Of a DNA stretch of 64,000 nucleotides, positions 46,786 through 54,782 are shown piece after piece. Each line of letters starts with the position of its first letter. Within the stretch, counting starts at the first letter, position 1. Origin of the DNA: a virus. Taxonomy: Duplodnaviria; Caudoviricetes. The translations under genes and the position numbers were made by a program. The notes below the pieces were generated by a model that did no database searches, was not told where the DNA came from, and saw nothing but the letters and a program-made list of their open reading frames with translations. The stretch is taken from positions 32,001 through 96,000 of IMG/VR virus record IMGVR_UViG_3300022677_000027; one strand, 5' to 3'.

Positions 46786-47076
46786 GTGAACATGAAATAT
46801 GAGTTTACGGATCGTTACCAAGCATTAGGAATCCCATACCCCAAGTGTGAATGTAATGGTCAGTGCGAAGGAACAGGATTTGTTCCTGTTACTAAAGATG
46901 ATACGGAAGAACCGTTTAGAACATTGTGGCTAGAAGCCGAGGCAAAAGAACCATCAGATGATGGATGGCATTTTGTTAAATGTCCAGATTGCAATGGAAC
47001 TGGAAAGCGTAAAATAACAAGCGAATTAATTCGGACGACTAAAAGCGCCGCCGGTTATCAGCACGTTATATCATGA
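46786..47076 (+). CDS. Cassette gene: DnaJ-type CxxCxGxG Zn-finger protein
   Basis: QCEGTG and CPDCNGTG. Reads through attC 2. Confidence 0.75.
   Translation: MNMKYEFTDRYQALGIPYPKCECNGQCEGTGFVPVTKDDTEEPFRTLWLEAEAKEPSDDGWHFVKCPDCNGTGKRKITSELIRTTKSAAGYQHVIS
47012..47071 (+). mobile_element. attC-like site 2
   Basis: AAATAAC...TAATTCGGACG...CGCCGGTTATC...GTTATAT, 60 bp. Confidence 0.75.
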
Positions 47077-47357
47077 CAATACAGAAACCTATGCGTGAGC
47101 TTTTATGTCAAAAATGCGGACAGGATTATCCAATTTGGTACTGCGATCATTTTTTATGGAATCCCGTAATTGAGTATGTTGAAAAACAAACAAATGTGCA
47201 AGTTAGTTTTCTCTGTATGAACTGCTTTGCCTTTTACTGTGAAAAAGTTGTGCTAACCGGAGAAAGTTCCGATTGTAAAATTATTTGGAAATTAGAAATT
47301 GGAACACATAATGACGCTGCCATATCCTTACAGCGATTAGATAAGATAGAGACATAA
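47073..47357 (+). CDS. Cassette gene: Zn-binding hypothetical protein
   Basis: CQKC...LCMNC. The TAA stop lies in ACATAAC, the R'' of a collapsed attC. Confidence 0.7.
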   Translation: MTIQKPMRELLCQKCGQDYPIWYCDHFLWNPVIEYVEKQTNVQVSFLCMNCFAFYCEKVVLTGESSDCKIIWKLEIGTHNDAAISLQRLDKIET

Positions 47358-47377
47358 CAATTATATGGAGGGACCAA

Positions 47378-47572
47378 GTGGCCTGCGAATTTACTTGTGA
47401 TGAGTGCGGACGAAAGTCTCCTGCCGAGTTCAATTCTAAGGGAGAATGGCTGAAACCACGTTTGTGGTTTCAGCGGTCAGACGATGATGGTATCCAGGTC
47501 GCCTGCTGTCGAGAGTGTATTGACAAGATAGCAGAGAAAACAGGCAAAACGAAAATGATTCTGCCTATATAA
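47378..47572 (+). CDS. Cassette gene: small Zn-finger protein
   Basis: CDEC...CCREC, GGAGG SD. The stop lies in the R'' of attC 3. Confidence 0.75.
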   Translation: MACEFTCDECGRKSPAEFNSKGEWLKPRLWFQRSDDDGIQVACCRECIDKIAEKTGKTKMILPI

Positions 47573-47626
47573 CAAGCGGATGGAGCGGACGCGAAAAAAC
47601 AGCGCCGCCCATCCTTCACGTTAGGA
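47567..47626 (+). mobile_element. attC-like site 3 (best conserved)
   Basis: ATATAAC AAGC GGATGG[A]GCGG[A]CGC-loop-GCG CCGC CCATCC TTCAC GTTAGGA, 60 bp with two extrahelical bases. Confidence 0.85.
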
Positions 47627-47637
47627 GGCTTATGTAA

Positions 47638-47832
47638 ATGAAATATATTGGTGATTTCGTAGAAAAGTGGTGCCCATTACCAAGAGGAATTTATGATTAT
47701 CAGCACGACGCAAGAAGGAGAGCAAAAGAACAAATGGAAAAGGAGCTGCGTGAAGTAATGGAGGCAAATAAAAATGGTGATTTACCAACTTCTAGACTTT
47801 ATGAAGTGCCAGAATGTGCTGGATATAGGTAA
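47638..47832 (+). CDS. Cassette gene: hypothetical protein
   Basis: The AGGAGG SD overlaps the R' of attC 3. Confidence 0.65.
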   Translation: MKYIGDFVEKWCPLPRGIYDYQHDARRRAKEQMEKELREVMEANKNGDLPTSRLYEVPECAGYR

Positions 47833-47902
47833 TGCCACCTAATCAATCGGTGGATAGACTATTGGTAACGAGATTGTGAAACTGGTTCGAGATTCAATTA
47901 AC

Positions 47903-47962
47903 GCATAACAACAGATTTCAGTTCGAATTCGCTACGTTCACTGCTGAGTCTACACGTTATCA
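47903..47962 (+). mobile_element. attC-like site 4
   Basis: GCATAAC AAC AGATTTCAG...CTGAGTCT ACAC GTTATCA, 60 bp. Confidence 0.75.
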
Positions 47963-47976
47963 CTTGGAGATAAAGT

Positions 47977-48270
47977 ATGCATTATAAGTTTGAAGATGGA
48001 TGTATGTGGGAGGGTGGATATTGGGAAGTGGAGATTAATCGCAGGTGTAATGAATTTGGTGGCGGTGTTCCCTGCAAGCATTGTCATAGCGAATGCTTTG
48101 ATGTGAGAAAAAGATATGATGGATCAAAATATAAAGTTAAACAATGGATTTGTCCTCGTGTGGTAATTGCTACTAACGAGGGAGGATATAATTCAACAGG
48201 CGTTTGCCTTGATTGCATTTTAGAAGCAGAAAATATAATTGCTAACAAATTAATTCACAGAGATGGCTAA
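47977..48270 (+). CDS. Cassette gene: Cys-rich hypothetical protein
   Basis: CKHC, CLDC. Ends in a half attC (TGCTAACAAATTAATTCAC, from 48240). Confidence 0.7.
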   Translation: MHYKFEDGCMWEGGYWEVEINRRCNEFGGGVPCKHCHSECFDVRKRYDGSKYKVKQWICPRVVIATNEGGYNSTGVCLDCILEAENIIANKLIHRDG

Positions 48271-48566
48271 TGAACAAGTATAAAATAGCAGTCTATGAAG
48301 AAGCGCTAAAGACGATAGCCGAGCTGGACGGCCCACTAGTTGGTGAAGATGCGCTTTGTTTTAGGAAATGGGCACAAGAAGCTCTTGGCGCATGTGCCTC
48401 CCAACCATCCCTTAAAGGCAAACAGGGGGAAAAACCACCTACAGTAATAGTAGATGAGTTTCCAGAATGGGGAAACGCAGAAGAACAAATGGAGGAAGAA
48501 GATGAGCAAACTGACAGTAGAGCAAGTAAAGATGATGAAAAACCAGATGGAAGAGACAATCTTTGA
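48270..48566 (+). CDS. Hypothetical protein
   Basis: TAATG coupling to the upstream gene. Confidence 0.55.
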   Translation: MNKYKIAVYEEALKTIAELDGPLVGEDALCFRKWAQEALGACASQPSLKGKQGEKPPTVIVDEFPEWGNAEEQMEEEDEQTDSRASKDDEKPDGRDNL

Positions 48567-48690
48567 GACCGTGTGGAAATTTGAACAAGCCACTGGCCTT
48601 GAGGTGTCCGACATTGACTTGATGCATACACAAAATATCGGCAGCGAGACAAGGCAAACCAGAGGCATAAAGATAACCTGTCGGCTATAG
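48502..48690 (+). CDS. Hypothetical protein (MSKLTVEQVK...)
   Basis: GGAGG SD before ATG 48502. Confidence 0.65.
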   Translation: MSKLTVEQVKMMKNQMEETIFETVWKFEQATGLEVSDIDLMHTQNIGSETRQTRGIKITCRL

Positions 48691-48774
48691 CAGCGCGCCC
48701 CTGTCCTAAAAAAAACAGTATGCCCCGGCATGCTACAAGATGTGTGGGCATCAACACAAAACAAGGAGGACGGT

Positions 48775-49029
48775 ATGAAAAAACATACGATAGAACCAGC
48801 AGAGCAAGGGATGGCAGTAGCTGAATTGCAAGCAAGAGAAGTCTTAAGTGGGTTAGACATTGCAGTAGGGATGATTATCGCCGCACATCGTCCGGTTTCT
48901 TCTACTAAGACAGAAATATTAGTAGAAAAGGCTGTGGATTATCTAATGGCAAGACTCGAAGAAGAGACTCCAGAAAATCAGCCAAAGGAAATCCAAGAAC
49001 CTGAAAATGTACCCCAAAAGGAGGGCTAA
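48775..49029 (+). CDS. Hypothetical protein
   Basis: AAGGAGG SD before ATG 48775. Confidence 0.7.
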   Translation: MKKHTIEPAEQGMAVAELQAREVLSGLDIAVGMIIAAHRPVSSTKTEILVEKAVDYLMARLEEETPENQPKEIQEPENVPQKEG

Positions 49030-49030
49030 G

Positions 49031-49231
49031 ATGCATTGCATTGTATGTGGCACCACGAAGAACCTGCGCCATGCTCCTCTAATGACAGGTGGCAAGCTCA
49101 CCGATAAAGAGACCACAAGACCAGTGTGTGTAGAGTGCCTTACAGCTTGGTATGACAGTGGTTGCACCACCAAAGAAGAAATACTAAAGGAAAGAAAACT
49201 CCCACCCCAAAAATCCCGCAATCTCCCCTAG
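49031..49231 (+). CDS. Small Zn-finger protein
   Basis: CIVC...CVEC, AAGGAGG SD. Confidence 0.7.
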   Translation: MHCIVCGTTKNLRHAPLMTGGKLTDKETTRPVCVECLTAWYDSGCTTKEEILKERKLPPQKSRNLP

Positions 49232-49273
49232 CGGCCCAAGATCAGAGCTATAAATACAAAATCAGGAGGCAAA

Positions 49274-49570
49274 ATGACAGAAATAAAAGCAATACCAGTA
49301 AACATAGATCCAGTTGAGTTCCACAAAGATCAAGTGACAGCGTGTGCAAGGCGTCTGGTGGCATTTTGGCAAATAAATCAGGAAGGCGTGGACCAATTGG
49401 ACCTCACAGAGGACTTTCTTCACTTGGAAGAAGCCTTGCGCATGCTAGAGGAGGCAATAACCACAGAACGACTAACCCCCAAACCGAAGGTGCCGGTGCC
49501 TCCACCGCCAAGCGGTTGTGCCTTCTGCAGCATTGCCTCATCTACAGAAAAGAAAGGAGAGAAACCATGA
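49274..49570 (+). CDS. Hypothetical protein
   Basis: AGGAGG SD. Confidence 0.7.
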   Translation: MTEIKAIPVNIDPVEFHKDQVTACARRLVAFWQINQEGVDQLDLTEDFLHLEEALRMLEEAITTERLTPKPKVPVPPPPSGCAFCSIASSTEKKGEKP

Positions 49571-49896
49571 TTAAAAGACTCCCAGCAGACATCGATCCGG
49601 AACAGCACCCAATCCCGTTTTTTGTGCCAATGTACGAATATTTAAAGGTAGGTATAGTAAAAGATGGGCTAGGGGCCAGAATAGTCGGCTACGCATTGCA
49701 TCCGGCCTACAGGGAATTTGAGCCAATCCTCACAGCATACGCAGACCTTGTAAACAGTGGTCACAAAATCCAGATACACACCAACAGAGTCAAGTGGTCG
49801 GCAATGGACATAGCGTGGCTCCCAACAGCTACAATGGTCCTACTCCCAGGCATAGCCACATTGCTAATGGGTCTCGAGATCTTTGGAGTGATATAA
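49567..49896 (+). CDS. Hypothetical protein with a C-terminal TM segment
   Basis: AAGGAG SD, ATGA overlap. Confidence 0.65.
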   Translation: MIKRLPADIDPEQHPIPFFVPMYEYLKVGIVKDGLGARIVGYALHPAYREFEPILTAYADLVNSGHKIQIHTNRVKWSAMDIAWLPTATMVLLPGIATLLMGLEIFGVI

Positions 49897-50325
49897 TGCA
49901 AAAACCACCAAAGCCCCCCCCCCAAGGGGAGGCACAGGGGAAAGCAAAGTGAAACACGCACACAACCCTCTTGCTCTGGTAGAGGCTCAGCAGCAGGAAG
50001 TCCTCAGAACTCTCACAGACCTCCACATCGGCTTTTGCACAATAACCATCACAACAACACAAAAAGAAAAGCAATAGTCAGAGAACCCTCACAGATACGA
50101 ATGGGCCAACCCTAAAGCAGAACGTCCATACGAGAGAAAAAGGCACCCCCCCCCTGCCGCTCAGACTGGACAAAATACGGCTAGGTGCTCTTGGTATAAA
50201 AGAGCACTGGCCCCGTTGGGTAGCTCTCGCCTAAGAAACCCGTCTAATTTAATCCTACATGTATATCTCTCCAGAAATTCCCTCTAATTTTACCCCGTAG
50301 TTTTTTGTAGATGGGGCAAACCCAT

Positions 50326-50376
50326 CAGATACCTTACCCAGATACCTTACCCAGATACCTTACCCAGATACCTTAC
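50326..50376. repeat. Tandem repeat, 13 bp x 4 (CAGATACCTTACC)
   Basis: Read directly from the sequence; the last copy lacks its final base. Confidence 0.95.
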
Positions 50377-50401
50377 TAGTTTTTTGTGATCTCACCTTAT
50401 C

Positions 50402-50461
50402 AAAAAATCTTAAAAACTTACCTCTGAATCAAAAAAATCTTAAAAACTTACCTCTGAATCA
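50402..50461. repeat. Tandem repeat, 30 bp x 2 (AAAAAATCTTAAAAACTTACCTCTGAATCA)
   Basis: Read directly from the sequence. Confidence 0.95.
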
Positions 50462-50595
50462 AAAGGGGGGCTAAGGTATATATAACAAACAATGTGCCAA
50501 AACAAAGGGGGGTACGGTATGGGGGCACAAACAGCAAGTACGGTATGTTTGTGCATTGCAATTAACCTAAAAACAACAAAGGAGGTGGTGGCAGC

Positions 50596-50673
50596 ATGGC
50601 CTTAATACAGGGTATTGCAACAGCCCTTATTGTTGCAACCGTTTGGTTTGTTTACCTTGCAACCCGCAAATAA
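50596..50673 (+). CDS. 25-aa single-pass membrane peptide (MALIQGIATALIVATVWFVYLATRK)
   Basis: AAAGGAGGTG SD, which keeps one of the few GA dinucleotides in the block. Hydrophobic helix. Confidence 0.65.
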   Translation: MALIQGIATALIVATVWFVYLATRK

Positions 50674-50699
50674 CCCTTAACCAAAAAGGCAGGTGCATT

Positions 50700-51314
50700 A
50701 TGCAAAAAACAAGTAAGGGGGCCGTGGCCCTAAGTATGCGATTACGCGGTAACAACGCCCATGTGCTTAAACACATTAGCCAATACTTTGCCAATGTACC
50801 AAAAGTGCGTGGCCTTAATACATATGCAGGTATGTATAGCCGCACCACCACCAACTTACAAGCCGTATTGCCACAACTTAAAGCCCTGTATAAGGCCACA
50901 GGCAAACCAGTGTACATTGTTGGCACCATAAGCACCGCAAGGGTAAATGGCAAGGCGGTAAAGCTGCCTACCGCAAGGCACGCCTTTAACCGTAGGCCAT
51001 TTGCCCTGGTGCAAAAAGCGCTATTAGCCATTGGCGTTAACGCCATTAACCCTGCTTGCCTAAAGGCATTTGCTAGGGCAATACACGGCAAATACACGCC
51101 TGGCACCAATGGCCCTGCAATGTTTAATGCAGTGGCAAGCAAAAGCGGGGCTAAATTTACAGTTAAGCGCCTACAGCGCACTAACAAGCGTAGCGTAAGG
51201 GGGTGTTGCGCTATTGTTGTTGTTAACCCAATGCGTAGTTTTACAAGCCTGGGTGTACAACAGGAATTAGCACACGCCATAAAGTTTAACCCTGTGCCCA
51301 TTTACAGGGTATAA
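50700..51314 (+). CDS. 204-aa basic protein with no Asp and a single Glu
   Basis: AAGGCAGGTG SD before ATG 50700. C-terminal IVVVNP...QELAHAI. Confidence 0.75.
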   Translation: MQKTSKGAVALSMRLRGNNAHVLKHISQYFANVPKVRGLNTYAGMYSRTTTNLQAVLPQLKALYKATGKPVYIVGTISTARVNGKAVKLPTARHAFNRRPFALVQKALLAIGVNAINPACLKAFARAIHGKYTPGTNGPAMFNAVASKSGAKFTVKRLQRTNKRSVRGCCAIVVVNPMRSFTSLGVQQELAHAIKFNPVPIYRV

Positions 51315-51374
51315 CAGGGGGCAACCCTGTGTGCGGTTAACCCTAACCGCCCCAATGGGGCAAGGAGGTGCGGC

Positions 51375-51965
51375 ATGCAAACACGAAGCGCACTATTCGC
51401 CAACCAGCTAGCAGTGCTTAGTCCGGCATATCGCCGGTTTACGGAACACTGCCTGCAATGTGCCCCGGAATACGTGTTTACCAACTGTCCTAGTAGCAGC
51501 AGTGGCAAATATCACCCAGTTGACGAACTGGGTCCCGATGGCACAGTGAAACACACACGCAAAGTCTTTGCCGTTGCCAATGCACTGGTGACAGCTATGG
51601 GCTTGCAGCACTACAGAGATGTAATCCTCACTGCCGCATTGGTGCATGATCTGTGCAAACAGGGCATCACTCGTATGGGTCGTACGGTAAGTAATCATCC
51701 TGCGCTGGCCGCGTACCTCGTTAACTTTGTTGCTGGCCATTACAGTGGCCTCATTCCTACCCGTTGCGCACGCCTTATTGCCCATTGTGTAGGGTATCAC
51801 TATGGAGCATGGGGAACAGGCAACTATGCCATTGACCATCTGGCAGACGTGGCCCCTGCTAACAAGCTTGCTCACCTTCGGGCATCTGACCTCAGCGCTC
51901 CTGCTCTTGTCGTGTTTGCAGCCGACTACATCGCTTCTCGCAGGTACGTTAACATTCTAACCTAG
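51375..51965 (+). CDS. HD-domain phosphohydrolase
   Basis: PSSSSGKYHP, KHT, AALVHDLCKQG, NHP, HYGAW and AADYIASR. Confidence 0.9.
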   Translation: MQTRSALFANQLAVLSPAYRRFTEHCLQCAPEYVFTNCPSSSSGKYHPVDELGPDGTVKHTRKVFAVANALVTAMGLQHYRDVILTAALVHDLCKQGITRMGRTVSNHPALAAYLVNFVAGHYSGLIPTRCARLIAHCVGYHYGAWGTGNYAIDHLADVAPANKLAHLRASDLSAPALVVFAADYIASRRYVNILT

Positions 51966-52026
51966 CTGCCCTTGGTTGTTTCATATATAGGCGTTAACCC
52001 ATAACACCAGGAAGGAGGTGGTGAGC

Positions 52027-52269
52027 ATGGACTGGACGTGGCTGATAACCGCAGCCACAACTGTGGGGGTCATTTTGAATGCACGCCAGCGTATAGAGTG
52101 TTTCTATATATGGCTAGTGACCAATGCAGCTTGGTTTGTGGTTGACATGAAGGCTGGCCTCTATGGTCAGGCTGCGATGTTTGCTCTGTACTTCTTCATT
52201 ACCATTTATGCCATAGTCACGTGGAAGCGCAAAGCTAAGGAAGCGGCCAATGGTCAACTTGCCTCATAA
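52027..52269 (+). CDS. PnuC-like small membrane protein
   Basis: Three TM helices: GVILNA...CFYIWLVTN...GLYGQA...W. Confidence 0.7.
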   Translation: MDWTWLITAATTVGVILNARQRIECFYIWLVTNAAWFVVDMKAGLYGQAAMFALYFFITIYAIVTWKRKAKEAANGQLAS

Positions 52270-52296
52270 CCAACTTCGCAGGAAGGAGGTGATACC

Positions 52297-52419
52297 ATGA
52301 TTACAATACTAGAACCATTGCTGTTCGACCCATTCTTGGGAACCATCGTCGGCCTTGCAATAGCTATTGCTTGTATTGGCTATGTGTTTAATGGCAATGA
52401 CGATGACGGAGAAAGCTAA
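52297..52419 (+). CDS. 40-aa membrane peptide
   Basis: AAGGAGGTGAT SD. MITILEPLLFDPFLGTIVGLAIAIACIGYVF... Confidence 0.6.
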   Translation: MITILEPLLFDPFLGTIVGLAIAIACIGYVFNGNDDDGES

Positions 52420-52563
52420 TAACCCCAAACCCCTCCCCCTATTTGCTAGGGGGAGGGCAACAAAAAAATTTAACTCAGCCTGGCCATGGGGTGCCAGGCT
52501 GAGTGCCTACTGACGGTCAATGGCCGTGTAACCAACCCCCCTCTCGCGAAAGGAGGTGATCCT

Positions 52564-52842
52564 ATGCGAGAACTGCACGTCAGCTACGGCCCAGGTTCCG
52601 GGGTCAGTAGGATGCGGTGGATCCAGATCGCCGCATTTGGCGTGTCAGTAGACGTAATTTGGGGAGCAAAAATGCTGCTCTCCAGATGCGTCCTGATACG
52701 CATTTGGCCTTGGAATCATGAGGTTGTGGTCAGCAGGCACCTCGGTATAGAGGTGTTTCTGTCCGCACCCTTTGAGCCTGGGACCGAGAGGCGATTGCGG
52801 TTGAGGCGCAGAGCCAGAAGGCTTGCGCAGAAAATCGCTTAA
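52564..52842 (+). CDS. Hypothetical protein
   Basis: AAAGGAGGTGAT SD before ATG 52564. Confidence 0.65.
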   Translation: MRELHVSYGPGSGVSRMRWIQIAAFGVSVDVIWGAKMLLSRCVLIRIWPWNHEVVVSRHLGIEVFLSAPFEPGTERRLRLRRRARRLAQKIA

Positions 52843-52887
52843 TCGCTGGCTGACTAAGCCTCGGAGCTTAGGGCGTGCTTGGCAACA

Positions 52888-53323
52888 GAAACGCCCAAAC
52901 CCCTCCCCCTATTTGCTAGGGGGAGGGCAACAAAAAAATTTAACCCAAAAACAATGCTACCTTTGGTGGTTTTATATATAGACGTTAACCCATAACAGTA
53001 GGAAGGCGGTGGTGTTGGCAATTATAATTAGATGATCCAAAGAAAAGGAGGTGATTAGATGGATACCGAAAAGGTAAGAAAGGCTTGGTATACTGACATA
53101 CTGCCATTGTTAGAAACGCTAGCCTTTATTGCACAGGCAGATAATACTGACGCTGATGTAATTGAAAAGGCAATGGCATTTGATGAGCTCATGTCGGAAT
53201 AAACGCCTAAACCCCTCCTCCTATTGCTAGGAGGAGGGCAACAAAAAAATTTAACTAAAAAAATAACACTACCTTTGGTGGTTTTATATATAGACGTTAA
53301 CCCATAACAGTAGGAAGGAGGTG
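52888..53323 (+). repeat. About 125-bp direct repeats (52888-53011 and 53201-53323) flanking one small gene
   Basis: Hairpin, A-tract, CTACCTTTGGTGGTTTTATATATAGACGTTAACCCATAACAGTAGGAAGG. Partial third copy at 51972-52020. Confidence 0.9.
53059..53202 (+). CDS. 47-aa acidic protein
   Basis: AAAGGAGGTGAT SD. MDTEKVRKAWYTDILPLL... Confidence 0.6.
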   Translation: MDTEKVRKAWYTDILPLLETLAFIAQADNTDADVIEKAMAFDELMSE

Positions 53324-53328
53324 ATATA

Positions 53329-53559
53329 ATGGGCAATCCATATGAGGAGATCTACTGCTGCGTACTACGCAGGGGCCTCAGTGGGGAGCTGTACGTCCAT
53401 GTATGGGACTTTGACGGGTATTCAATCTGGCCAGATTGGACCGTTAAGGGAATGTACAGGACCTACGGTCCGGCGAGCCTATGCCCGTACAAGAATGCTG
53501 TACGGTCTAGCCTTTGCAGGGCGAAGCTCCCTATCAAGGTCAAGGTAGAGCTCCCATAG
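53329..53559 (+). CDS. Hypothetical protein
   Basis: AAGGAGGTGAT SD. Confidence 0.65.
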   Translation: MGNPYEEIYCCVLRRGLSGELYVHVWDFDGYSIWPDWTVKGMYRTYGPASLCPYKNAVRSSLCRAKLPIKVKVELP

Positions 53560-53707
53560 TCATGGCGCTAATACGCCATGACCCGCCTGTGTCTGGGCGG
53601 TCAGAAGACAGGCAACCTCGTAGTGGAGGTCCTGGGACAAATACAGACAAAACTACTGCCGCCGTTAAGGTGAGGCGTGTAATAACCGGAGAAAGGAGGT
53701 GATATTT

Positions 53708-53926
53708 ATGTTGAAAGCGAGCGTTGGGCTGAAGCGCGACGGCGTTTACTTTGGCGTTATGGACACCGACACTAGTTGGCTCTATGGCGTTGAGGTGACA
53801 CTCCAGCACTTGTCAAAGGTCTTTTGCCTTTGGCTTCAGTGGGGAGCTTCAGCCCTGGAGGTGTACTGCTCAAAACGCGAGCGCAGCGTGCGCATCATTC
53901 GTGGTGTGTATGATGGCGTGTGCTGA
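53708..53926 (+). CDS. Hypothetical protein
   Basis: AAAGGAGGTGAT SD before ATG 53708. Confidence 0.65.
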   Translation: MLKASVGLKRDGVYFGVMDTDTSWLYGVEVTLQHLSKVFCLWLQWGASALEVYCSKRERSVRIIRGVYDGVC

Positions 53927-54085
53927 TCAGTACACCACCTTGACTAAGCCTCGGGGAGTGGCTTACCTGGCAACAGAACAAGCTTCTAAGGAGGGGGAGG
54001 TATAACCACAAAAAAAAAAGAGGAGGCGGTAAGCACTGAATGTTGAATGTCCGACAGACCATCTAACTAGGAAGGAGGTGATATA

Positions 54086-54325
54086 ATGAAAACCCATAAT
54101 GTGTACGGTGCTCACTACGTACAGGCAGAAGCCTTTGCCGAGCACGTAGGGGTTGACGCTCTGATCCGTGCCCTTATAGCCGAAGAGGTAAGCAGCCTCA
54201 CGGTAATTAGAGCCATCAGAACCGCCTACAGGACCACACAGGGCAGGAAGATGGACATTGGCGCTGCTGTAGCTGTTTCTCGCATGGCTATGGGCAACGG
54301 CGCAACCGTCTTCAAGGCTGACTAA
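54086..54325 (+). CDS. Hypothetical protein
   Basis: Strong SD. The stop codon is the TAA of the GACTAAG motif. Confidence 0.7.
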   Translation: MKTHNVYGAHYVQAEAFAEHVGVDALIRALIAEEVSSLTVIRAIRTAYRTTQGRKMDIGAAVAVSRMAMGNGATVFKAD

Positions 54326-54435
54326 GAGTCGGGGCTTGGGGCTGAGCCTGGCAACCGAATCAGCCATCGTTGCGTTTACCAACCCTGACCTCTCCCCCTA
54401 GTTAGGGGGAGAGCAAAAGAAAGGAGGTTGCTACC

Positions 54436-54600
54436 TTGGAAAAAGTAATCATGTCCATGCTGGATGAGAAAGGCAACATGGCAAAGCTGACCAGACGAGA
54501 CATTGAAGTACTGGAAAGCAACGCCAACAAGACAGTAAGGGATGATCCTGCTAACGATGCAGCGGTCAAGGAATTGTACAAAATCTTTAACGAGCTATAG
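54436..54600 (+). CDS. 54-aa hypothetical protein
   Basis: AAGGAGGT SD, TTG start. Confidence 0.55.
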   Translation: MEKVIMSMLDEKGNMAKLTRRDIEVLESNANKTVRDDPANDAAVKELYKIFNEL

Positions 54601-54611
54601 GGGGTGATGTG

Positions 54612-54782
54612 ATGGAAGAGTACATTAACGAGAAACTTAAGAGACTCCTTGATGAATTCGAAGAGGAAGAACGCAGAAGGGAAAAGGCAGAGGCGAAGAA
54701 GGCAGGATCAAGAATTGCCCACAGCGTGAGAATAACCCAAACCACGGTCAGATACAGAACTAACCGTAAGAAATGGAAGTAG
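54612..54782 (+). CDS. 56-aa charged protein
   Basis: GGGGGTGAT SD. MEEYINEKLKRLLDEF... Confidence 0.55.
   Translation: MEEYINEKLKRLLDEFEEEERRREKAEAKKAGSRIAHSVRITQTTVRYRTNRKKWK

Larger units (their letters stand above)
50461..51384. other. GA/TC-dinucleotide-depleted block
   Basis: Hand count: 4 GA (50582, 50740, 51264, 51365) and 0 TC in 924 bp. Confidence 0.95.
52431..54413. repeat. Dispersed 11-bp-stem hairpin, 4 copies (52431, 52901, 53213, 54390)
   Basis: CCCTCCCCCTA-loop-TAGGGGGAGGG, with compensatory changes in copies 3 and 4. Confidence 0.9.

Noticed and set aside
50627-51301. 224-aa antisense ORF
   Set aside because: It shadows the plus-strand gene, is favoured by the absence of TCA (minus-strand TGA), and has no convincing SD.
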